A program made the translations under genes and the position numbers. Below are positions 7,917 through 15,272 of a DNA stretch of 64,000 nt, piece after piece. Numbering within the stretch: the stretch's first letter is position 1; each line of letters begins with the position of its first letter. This stretch comes from a virus. Location of the stretch: the IMG/VR virus record IMGVR_UViG_3300026457_000013, positions 18,253 to 82,252 of that record; one strand, 5' to 3'. The notes beneath the pieces were generated by a model that saw only the letters and a list, made by a program, of their open reading frames with translations, had not been told where the DNA came from and searched no databases.

Positions 7917-8243
7917 TTACAGCGGTTTGCTGTTAGCTAAAGCATCGAAAATCGCTTTAAGAGCCGACTTGTTAGCCTTAGTTAGCGATTCTATATCGTT
8001 TTCCGATAGGCGAAGAATCGCGCCGATTGCATCGGCCGTTACATCTTTTTTAACGGGCTTTTCGCCAGTTTTTGTAACGTACTGTTTTGCAACATAAACT
8101 TTCTCGCGCGAAAGTTTCGCTACAATCGAACGAACGGTTTTACCCATAGCCGAAGCAATATCTTCGACCTTGACGCCCGCCTGATAGTCCGCTATAATTT
8201 TAGCGGTTTGCTCGGCGGTATAGTTAACGGCTTTTTCTGCCAT
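7917..8243 (-). CDS. T5 A2-like DNA-binding protein (paralog 2)
   Basis: Start MAEKAVNY with AGGAG RBS; KTVRSIVAKLSREKVYVAK. Confidence 0.8.
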   Translation of the reverse strand: MAEKAVNYTAEQTAKIIADYQAGVKVEDIASAMGKTVRSIVAKLSREKVYVAKQYVTKTGEKPVKKDVTADAIGAILRLSENDIESLTKANKSALKAIFDALANSKPL

Positions 8244-8383
8244 TGCTATAGCTCCTAGAACTGTTGCAGTTTCGACCCCATGTCCCCTGCAACAGAACCC
8301 ATTATACACCTATCTGCCTGGCAGATTGTCGCCCTAGCGACAATTGGCCTACCATTCATCAGGTGGATCAGCGGCAACCCCAC

Positions 8384-8508
8384 CCGACCAGCGGCAGACT
8401 GCATCCGACGAACGGCACCCCGCAGGGCTTGACACGCAGGCAAAAATTATGATATAATTATATCATAATTTTGGCGCCATCGCTCTAAATTCTATAACTT
8501 AGAGCGAT
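8384..8508 (+). promoter_or_regulatory. repeated module 3
   Basis: CCGACCAGCGG-N10-CCGACGAACGG-N13-TTGACA-18-TATAAT; TTGGCGCC; ATCGCTCTAA/TTAGAGCGAT hairpin. Confidence 0.85.
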
Positions 8509-8513
8509 ATAAT

Positions 8514-8547
8514 AAAAAATATAGCGGCTTGTGCCGCTATATTTTTT
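8514..8547. terminator. bidirectional terminator
   Basis: AAAAAATATAGCGGC-TTGT-GCCGCTATATTTTTT. Confidence 0.85.
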
Positions 8548-8935
8548 ATAACGTCCTCACAATTGGTTCGTTTTTATTTATATAATATTCATGGGTTGCG
8601 CTTGGTGGCAAGCCATACTCTAGCATCATGCGCCGCCAATCAGGGCCATGCCAAAAGTCTGTGGGGTCTTCGCCATTAATTATATAATCTGCAACATGGA
8701 TTAGCTCATGCGGTACAATAACGCAAAGCATCTCGGCTTTATAACGGTTAAAAAACTTGCTAGCAAATTCTACCTCATGCACCTCGCAGTGTGCGAGGCC
8801 CGCAGTGCGATACATGCGATTGCTAATTCTAACTTTTGGAACGCTATGCGTTTTTAGTTCTGGCCACAATTCTTGCATAGCAGTCCAGTGTAGGGTAACA
8901 GCGGCTGTTACAACTTTTATCAACGAATCGGCCAT
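8546..8935 (-). CDS. SprT-like zinc metalloprotease
   Basis: RMYRTAGLA, HELIH (HExxH) and HGPDWRRMM. Confidence 0.85.
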   Translation of the reverse strand: MADSLIKVVTAAVTLHWTAMQELWPELKTHSVPKVRISNRMYRTAGLAHCEVHEVEFASKFFNRYKAEMLCVIVPHELIHVADYIINGEDPTDFWHGPDWRRMMLEYGLPPSATHEYYINKNEPIVRTL

Positions 8936-9171
8936 AATTTATACCTCGCAATAATTGTTACAAGAAATAGATTGACGATATAGTTTGCTATAAGAATCAT
9001 ATCGCCTTTGGGCACGATATAGACTGTCATGGAAACCATACCAGTCCACCACATTGTTATAAAACCTAGTGTAAGCCCGTCTGAGTTTTTAGAACGATAG
9101 GATTCAATGGCTTGGGGCAGGGCCGAAGCCCCAAGCAGTATAGAACCTAGAACGCCGAATGTATCAAACAT
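8920..9171 (-). CDS. PQ-loop / SemiSWEET-like 3-TM membrane protein
   Basis: Start MFDTFG; ALPQAIESYRSKNSDGL; three hydrophobic helices. Confidence 0.8.
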   Translation of the reverse strand: MFDTFGVLGSILLGASALPQAIESYRSKNSDGLTLGFITMWWTGMVSMTVYIVPKGDMILIANYIVNLFLVTIIARYKLWPIR

Positions 9172-9856
9172 TGTAATGATCCTTGACCTGAAATTTTTTC
9201 CAATCATAGGGCTCGATCTTATCGCGCCAACCTTTAGAACGTACAATTTTTTGTAGGATTGGAATCTCAAAATCGCGGGCATCCTCAAGGGCAGTGTGGG
9301 GTTCAGTAGTAAGATTACCAGTTACAAAACCTGCAACAGTCTCGGCATCAGTCTTGAACGTCATATTACCTTTATCGGTCGCATTATTAAAACGATGATT
9401 GTCGAGCACAAAACGCTTATACTTTTTGGAACGGCAGATGTTACCTACAGCGGCTTGCCAAAGGCAAAAGCGGCTAGTGAAAGAATCTAGAACGATACCA
9501 GAGTTAGCACATTTGCTAGCGTCGAAGGCGAGATTGTATGCGGTTAGAATAGGGTCATAAGTACCGATACATTTATTAATCCAATTATTTATAGCGGTTA
9601 CCGACGCAAGCATACGTGTACCAGAATCTAGCATGTTCTGATAATTAGCACGACGACGCTCAAGGTTAGCAGAGGCCCAGAAACCGTTATTGTTTTTGTC
9701 ATGGAATAAGGTTGCAGGGTCATAGAACTCACGAACTAGAACGCTACAACTATTGTAAATCTTGCCGTGACGGTCACAAACCACAATGGCAAAATCCATA
9801 ACGGTATCGTTGATAGTCGTTTCAGTATCTAGAACAGCGAAGTATTGTCGTTTCAT
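9164..9856 (-). CDS. DEDDh 3'-5' exonuclease
   Basis: LDTETT, AYNLAFD and HTALEDA; resembles a T5 pre-early gene from memory. Confidence 0.85.
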   Translation of the reverse strand: MKRQYFAVLDTETTINDTVMDFAIVVCDRHGKIYNSCSVLVREFYDPATLFHDKNNNGFWASANLERRRANYQNMLDSGTRMLASVTAINNWINKCIGTYDPILTAYNLAFDASKCANSGIVLDSFTSRFCLWQAAVGNICRSKKYKRFVLDNHRFNNATDKGNMTFKTDAETVAGFVTGNLTTEPHTALEDARDFEIPILQKIVRSKGWRDKIEPYDWKKFQVKDHYNV

Positions 9857-9961
9857 AATTTATAACCTAGTAAATGTGACAGAACCCCTAGTATACCACA
9901 AAATCCGCGCAAGTGCCAGTTTTGGCTGCCGCCCATCGGCTGTGGGCCGCCGCACATCCGA

Positions 9962-10075
9962 CCGACCAGCGGTCGCCAGGAGCCGACGAACGGTCGGCCC
10001 GGGCCTTGACACGCCTGCAAAAATTATGGTATAATTTTTGGCGCCATGGCTATAAATTTTATAATTTATAGCCAT
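9962..10075 (+). promoter_or_regulatory. repeated module 4
   Basis: CCGACCAGCGG-N10-CCGACGAACGG-N12-TTGACA-18-TATAAT; TTGGCGCC; 13-bp hairpin. Confidence 0.85.
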
Positions 10076-10087
10076 AACGTGGAACAG

Positions 10088-10103
10088 TGTTCCACGTGAA
10101 ACC
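10088..10103. promoter_or_regulatory. parS: parS site TGTTCCACGTGAAACC, with adjacent half-site ACGTGGAACA at 10077-10086
   Basis: 15/16 match to the bacterial consensus TGTTNCACGTGAAACA. Confidence 0.8.
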
Positions 10104-10306
10104 TAAACTTTGTGCAAACTATCCCAAATTGCAAGATTACGCTGTGCCATTTTTTGGTACAATTCAGCGCCTACCAAGTGGCCGCGACTAATATCGTTTC
10201 TAGAATATTGTAAATATCGTTCTGCATTTTCTAACAACATGCGACTAGCAAGTTTGTGCCAAAACGTAGAACGATTGGCTAGGTCTTTCCAATATTGCTC
10301 GCTCAT
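10103..10306 (-). CDS. hypothetical pre-early protein
   Basis: GAGGA RBS; overlaps upstream stop. Confidence 0.7.
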   Translation of the reverse strand: MSEQYWKDLANRSTFWHKLASRMLLENAERYLQYSRNDISRGHLVGAELYQKMAQRNLAIWDSLHKV

Positions 10307-10488
10307 ACTAATTCCTCAGGTAAACTGTTATATTCTTTATAAAGGCTATCGTACATTCTAATAACCCAACCTATATCGTTCCAATCGCTAACCGTTCCAA
10401 AATCTGGACGATAGCCGTATATATCAAAATACAGATCGCAAAATTTGTCCTGCATTGCCCAAAGTTCTATAGCCTTTACATTTTTCAT
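10303..10488 (-). CDS. hypothetical pre-early protein
   Basis: Start MKNVKA after AAGGA; D.Y.DIYGYRP motif. Confidence 0.7.
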   Translation of the reverse strand: MKNVKAIELWAMQDKFCDLYFDIYGYRPDFGTVSDWNDIGWVIRMYDSLYKEYNSLPEELV

Positions 10489-10489
10489 A

Positions 10490-10966
10490 TCAATGTCCTT
10501 GTTTGCTTGGAACATAAACGCCCCTAATGTTAAAGTAATCACAAACCGCTTTAAGATATGCTACATTATCCTCATAAAATACAGCGTCATTAAAATGATA
10601 ACCTAAATTGCTATACAATTTGAAAATCCGTTTTAGTCCTTCAATCTTGAGAGTAGCACCAGAACGGTTATCATTTTCATTACGGCTAACTATATGGTCA
10701 GGTGTACCTAGTCTGCTATAAATAAATGCACGATCAGGGTTCCGCAAAATGCGGGCAGTAGCAATAACAACAATACAGTAGGGATCATCGAGATCGTTTT
10801 TATATTGTTCTGCAAGTGGTAACAGTGAATCCTCCAGTGCGCGATATTCATTAGCACGCCAGTAGTCGAGGTCAATGCGCTCAATACCGTTATCAACAAT
10901 GGTACGATACCTGTGCATACTGCAAACGATTGTGCCATCCATGTCATAGATTGCTATCCTTTTCAT
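10490..10966 (-). CDS. HAD-superfamily phosphatase
   Basis: IYDMDGT, IATAR, conserved K and YEDN motifs. Confidence 0.85.
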   Translation of the reverse strand: MKRIAIYDMDGTIVCSMHRYRTIVDNGIERIDLDYWRANEYRALEDSLLPLAEQYKNDLDDPYCIVVIATARILRNPDRAFIYSRLGTPDHIVSRNENDNRSGATLKIEGLKRIFKLYSNLGYHFNDAVFYEDNVAYLKAVCDYFNIRGVYVPSKQGH

Positions 10967-11172
10967 AACCTATATCCTTATAAAGTCTAGAATGTTGTAA
11001 GGTTTAACTTGTCTGCCCTTGCCCTATCGGCCCTATCCGAGGGTAGGCGGGGTTACTAGCCGCCTAGAGTCATGCCCTACAACAGAAACAAGTATACCTG
11101 AATTTTTGAGGTCAAATGTCGTCCAAGCGACAATTGCCTACCATCCATACCTTACAGCCTGCCACACATCAG

Positions 11173-11283
11173 CCGACCAGTGGTCGACCCTACCCGATGA
11201 ACGGCGGCCCTGGGGCTTGACACGGCTGCAAATTATATGCTATAATTTGGCGCGTCAGCGCTCTAAGTTCTATAACCTAGAGC
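11173..11283 (+). promoter_or_regulatory. repeated module 5
   Basis: CCGACCAGTGG-N10-CCGATGAACGG-N12-TTGACA-18-TATAAT; TTGGCGC; GCTCTA/TAGAGC hairpin. Confidence 0.85.
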
Positions 11284-11285
11284 AG

Positions 11286-11301
11286 TGTTTCACGTGAAAC
11301 T
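11286..11301. promoter_or_regulatory. parS: parS site TGTTTCACGTGAAACT
   Basis: Perfect 14-bp palindrome GTTTCACGTGAAAC; 15/16 match to consensus. Confidence 0.85.
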
Positions 11302-11411
11302 GTATCGTGCTAAAAACCATAGCATGCCCATAACGTACAACCACAGCATCATCATAATAATGTTTCTATAATTCATATCGTTATAGTAGGGGCTTGCGCC
11401 CCTACCCCTTG

Positions 11412-11738
11412 CTAGTCGGCAGATTGCCTGATAAAATCGCTGATTGCACGCAGTGCGCTCTTGTTAGCTTTCGTTAACGATTCTATATCGTTCTCTGAGA
11501 GCTTGAGAGCTGCGCCGATAAAATCAGCGTGAACGTCTTTTTTGATGGGGCTTTCGCCGTTCTTGGTTCTATATTCTTTAGCGACGTAAACCTTTTCACG
11601 GCTGAGCTTTGCTACAATTGAGCGAACAGTCTTGCCCATTGCTTGTGCAATTTGCTCAACGCTAACACCGGCCTGATAGTCGGCCACAATCTGAGCAGTT
11701 TGCTCAGGGCTATAATTAGGGGCTTTGGCTGTTGCCAT
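11412..11738 (-). CDS. T5 A2-like DNA-binding protein (paralog 3)
   Basis: Highly similar to 7917-8243; AGGAG RBS. Confidence 0.85.
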   Translation of the reverse strand: MATAKAPNYSPEQTAQIVADYQAGVSVEQIAQAMGKTVRSIVAKLSREKVYVAKEYRTKNGESPIKKDVHADFIGAALKLSENDIESLTKANKSALRAISDFIRQSAD

Positions 11739-11771
11739 TTCAGCTACTCCTGTTGTGTTGAAAGAAACTCT

Positions 11772-11845
11772 AGTATAGGCTAGTTGTAGTGCTAAGTCAA
11801 GTAAAAAATCTTACCGCTCGTCGGCCAGTAACTACCATTGGTCGG
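11772..11845 (-). promoter_or_regulatory. promoter TTGACT-17-TATACT with the same upstream box pair, driving A2-like paralog 3
   Basis: Minus strand CCGACCAATGG-N10-CCGACGAGCGG-N13-TTGACT. Confidence 0.8.
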
Positions 11846-12018
11846 CTTAACACAGTTATAAACTTTACTACAAGTTTTGTGCTAAGTTATAGAACTTATA
11901 CCGACCAGGGGCGGTTGTTAGACTTTATATAACTTATAGCGGTGGGGCCCTCGCTTACGGCCTATCATTAAAAATTTTTCGAAAAGACCAAGGTGCCAAA
12001 TCCGACCCTAAACCGTAC

Positions 12019-12063
12019 CAACAGCCACAACAGCCACAACAGCCACAACAGCCACAACAGCCC
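12019..12063 (+). repeat. tandem repeat (CAACAGCCA)x4 plus one imperfect copy
   Basis: Read directly from sequence. Confidence 0.95.
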
Positions 12064-12084
12064 ACTGCCCAAAAAATTTTCAAC

Positions 12085-12114
12085 TTGCCTAACAACTACC
12101 ACCCATGATATACT
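12085..12114 (+). promoter_or_regulatory. promoter TTGCCT-18-TATACT for the terminase genes
   Basis: Extended -10 TGaTATACT; A/T-rich UP element. Confidence 0.65.
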
Positions 12115-12134
12115 CCAATAAACTGGAGAAACCA

Positions 12135-12605
12135 ATGACTACACACCTACCAGCCGAAACCCTACAAATCTCACCAGAAGCACTGGAAGTAGCCAACTGC
12201 TATCTTCAGCTTAATGATGCTAAAAGGGTAGCCCATGAACTAAGCCTACATCCAGACCAAGTCACACAAATCTTAGGTCGCCGCGAGGTCAAGCAGTATA
12301 TTGACCAAGTATTCTTTGACATGGGCTACAACAACCGATTTTTAATGCGTCAGGCAATGGATGCACTAATCAAGCAAAAGTTTTCTGAGTTGGAGGAAGC
12401 TGGTGTTGGATCTAGCAAAGATATTGCAGACTTATTACACCTGTCGCATAAAATGTCAATGGATCTCCTAGACAAGCAATTGCAGCTGGAAAAGCTGCGC
12501 ACACAAGCTCCAGGCCCACAAAAGCAGGTGAACGTGCAAATCAATGATGATGGCAGCAAGTATTCGCAGCTTATACATAAACTTGTGAGTGGAGACGGCA
12601 TATGA
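12135..12605 (+). CDS. terS: terminase small subunit (T5-like)
   Basis: ISPEALEVANCYL and VFFDMGYNNRF; GGAG RBS; upstream of terL. Confidence 0.85.
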   Translation: MTTHLPAETLQISPEALEVANCYLQLNDAKRVAHELSLHPDQVTQILGRREVKQYIDQVFFDMGYNNRFLMRQAMDALIKQKFSELEEAGVGSSKDIADLLHLSHKMSMDLLDKQLQLEKLRTQAPGPQKQVNVQINDDGSKYSQLIHKLVSGDGI

Positions 12606-12700
12606 GTGCCCTATGGTTCACCCTAAACTGTATCGGCCTTAGCATCTTAATAACAATAGCACTAGCGGAACTCATCCATGCTCGTAGTAAGCAGAAATAA
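12602..12700 (+). CDS. 32 aa membrane peptide MSALWFTLNCIGLSILITIALAELIHARSKQK
   Basis: ATGA overlap with terS stop; hydrophobic helix with basic tail. Confidence 0.4.
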   Translation: MSALWFTLNCIGLSILITIALAELIHARSKQK

Positions 12701-13967
12701 CGTAGAAACAGAGTACATTAAGGAGTTTGATCCTACCAAGCGATTTATCAAACTGCCTATCGACAACTACTTACGACTCTTAAATCTATACGATACCATC
12801 AACAGGCCCCAAATCGCACTAATCAATAGTGTTAATGATCCACAGTATAGGTTTATCTGTGCTGCACTTGCCAGACGATTGGGCAAAACATACATAGCCA
12901 ATGTTATAGGTCAGCTGGTTACACTAGTACCCAACAGTAATGTACTTATCATTAGCCCTAACTATAATTTGAGTGCAATCAGTTTTGAGCTGCAGCGTAG
13001 GTTAATCAAGCATTTTGACCTGGAAGTAACCCGTGATAACCTCAAGGACAAGATTATTGAGCTCAGCAATGGATCAACTATCAGAATGGGATCTATTAGC
13101 ACAGTGGATTCAACAGTTGGTCGTAGTTATGACCTTATAATATTCGACGAGGCTGCACTTAGTGAGCATGGCGAGGACGCATTTAACATTGCCTTACGCC
13201 CTACACTAGACAAACCATCGGCAAAAGCCATATTTATTAGCACACCACGTGGTAAAAACAACTGGTTTTCAAAGTTCTGGTCGCGTGGATTTGACCCTAA
13301 CTTTCCAGAGTGGGTTAGTTTGCAGGCAGATTATTCGGAGAATAGCCGCATGGCACAGTCGGATGTTGATGAAGCACGTAGATCCATGTCGAAGTCGGAG
13401 TTTGAGCAGGAATATATGGCAAGTTTTACTAGTTACTTAGGCCAAATTTATGAAGGGTTTAAGCCTGAGTATATCCTAGACCAACTACCAGACCTGCGCG
13501 GTGAAGCTATTGCTGGTGTAGATGTAGGATACAAGGATGCCACTGCCTGGGTTAACATAATATACGACTATAATACCGACTGTTTTTATGCTGTAGAAGA
13601 TTATTTGGAGCCAGAGCGTACTACTAGAGAACATGCCGAACATTTTCATAGAATGATAGATAGTTGGAGTATACAAACTGTATTTATTGATAGTGCAGCA
13701 GCACAATTTGCTGCTGACCTAGCTTACAACTACGATATTGCTACTACTAAAGCTAAAAAAGACGTACTTGCAGGCATTGCATACGTGCAAACACTAGTCC
13801 AGCAAGGCAGATTTAGGGTACACAGAAATTGTCACCACGTTATAGCTATGCTAGATGCTTATCAGTGGGATAACCGCGAAAATTTAGCGCGTGAACGTCC
13901 TAAACACAACGAGTACAGTCACATGGCTGATGCTGTTCGTTATGCACTATACAGTTATGTAGTATAG
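12678..13967 (+). CDS. terL: terminase large subunit
   Basis: Walker A ARRLGKT, Walker B IIFDEAA, ISTPRG, nuclease HMADAVRYA. Confidence 0.95.
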   Translation: MLVVSRNNVETEYIKEFDPTKRFIKLPIDNYLRLLNLYDTINRPQIALINSVNDPQYRFICAALARRLGKTYIANVIGQLVTLVPNSNVLIISPNYNLSAISFELQRRLIKHFDLEVTRDNLKDKIIELSNGSTIRMGSISTVDSTVGRSYDLIIFDEAALSEHGEDAFNIALRPTLDKPSAKAIFISTPRGKNNWFSKFWSRGFDPNFPEWVSLQADYSENSRMAQSDVDEARRSMSKSEFEQEYMASFTSYLGQIYEGFKPEYILDQLPDLRGEAIAGVDVGYKDATAWVNIIYDYNTDCFYAVEDYLEPERTTREHAEHFHRMIDSWSIQTVFIDSAAAQFAADLAYNYDIATTKAKKDVLAGIAYVQTLVQQGRFRVHRNCHHVIAMLDAYQWDNRENLARERPKHNEYSHMADAVRYALYSYVV

Positions 13968-14656
13968 GGTACTTTCCAGCCTTTGTATTGTTTTTTATGT
14001 CCACGCAATACTTCGCCTAATGAGCCGTGGTTTAAATTATGCTCTCTACAAAAACCCCTAAGACTGGGCTTAATGTCATAAATAATATTATCAGGACTTA
14101 TTATTTGAGGATAACCTGTAGTTTTAATATTTTTCGCAACCTTTCTCTTAGTACCCTTTAACTCTAAAAGTAATTTATATTCTGCTGGATACAAATTTTT
14201 TAACCAACTATGTGATGCGCCACTAGAAACATCTGCTAATGCTCCGCGGCTAATACCTGTTATTTCTATAATTTCTCTATGAGTTAATTTATTATCTACA
14301 AGATAGTGAAAAACTTCTATAATTAAGTCATTACTATATTTTGCGTTGCCGGCATTTTCACCATATAAATCCTGTCTATTTGTAAAACTTTTAAAAGCAT
14401 TAAACCCATTATTTACAGAATCATATATTGCAATAGCTTCTTCTTCTATAGAATCTAATTCATCAACAGTACATTCAACCAAAATTTCTAAGTTTGGCAT
14501 ACCAAATTCATTGTAAGCTTGCTGTAATTTTTTTCTGCTTTTTTGATTTTTTAGCGAAGTTTTATGGCTAATATATCTGCGCTCAATATCTATAGATTGC
14601 CCTATGTATACTTTATTAGTTCCACAAAAATTTAATTTATAAATGCCAACTGTCAT
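13955..14656 (-). mobile_element. free-standing GIY-YIG homing endonuclease
   Basis: VGIYKL..KVYIGQS..IERR; NUMOD-like C-terminus; AT-rich; antisense to the operon. Confidence 0.9.
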
Positions 14657-14688
14657 TGTACTAGTCCTCTAAAAAGTTTATATAATCC

Positions 14689-14785
14689 ATTTTACAGGAA
14701 TGATTAAAAATTTTCAAGTAGTAAATTTTATTAGTAGCAAAGTAAAATTTACTACTTGACATTTTTGTATCTTTTAAGTTATAAT
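14689..14785. promoter_or_regulatory. back-to-back promoters around a 17-bp inverted repeat
   Basis: Minus TTGAAA-17-TAAAAT; plus TTGACA-18-TATAAT; IR at 14714-14730 / 14743-14759. Confidence 0.75.
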
Positions 14786-14810
14786 AGCTAAAATCGTGGA
14801 ATAATATTTT

Positions 14811-15272
14811 ATGGCAGTAAATACTAATAAACGTATACCAATAAAGCATATACGAGACAAAGCTAAAAGCGCATATGAAAAGCAATCTCACTGCTATATT
14901 TGTGAAAGCCAAAAAGAACTTGAATTACATCATCTACACAGCCTTACATATTTATTAGAAGCGTGGGTAAATAAAAAAGGTTATGATATTAGTACTGATG
15001 AAAAAGTTCTAGCAATTCGTGATGAGTTTATTGCAGAGCACCGTGTGGAAATATATGATCTAGTTTTTACCTTGTGTAACAAACATCATGTACAACTGCA
15101 TGGAATTTATGGTAAATCACCAATACCTAGCTCTGTACCTAAACAACAGCAATGGATAGAATTGCAGCGTAATAAATATTTAAGTGGTCAGCAAGATTTT
15201 CGTGGTAGTAGCTATGGCTCCTATTTTGCACAGTTCACAGGGGACTTAGATGGTACTAGAAAGATTACGTGA
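14811..15272 (+). CDS. HNH nicking endonuclease (T5-like, upstream of portal)
   Basis: CYIC..LELHHLH..TLCNKHHVQLHGIYG; T5 synteny. Confidence 0.85.
   Translation: MAVNTNKRIPIKHIRDKAKSAYEKQSHCYICESQKELELHHLHSLTYLLEAWVNKKGYDISTDEKVLAIRDEFIAEHRVEIYDLVFTLCNKHHVQLHGIYGKSPIPSSVPKQQQWIELQRNKYLSGQQDFRGSSYGSYFAQFTGDLDGTRKIT

Noticed and set aside
7247-11283. Repeated modules as a CRISPR array
   Set aside because: Spacing of 0.1-1.6 kb with genes between copies, degenerate repeats, and no cas genes
7000-12000. GATC avoidance as described for T5 first-step-transfer DNA
   Set aside because: Several GATC sites are present, for example near 7654, 8366, 9178, 10433 and 10732
13955-14656. Group I intron interrupting terL
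   Set aside because: terL is complete with its C-terminal nuclease motif, and the endonuclease is antisense with no flanking intron core
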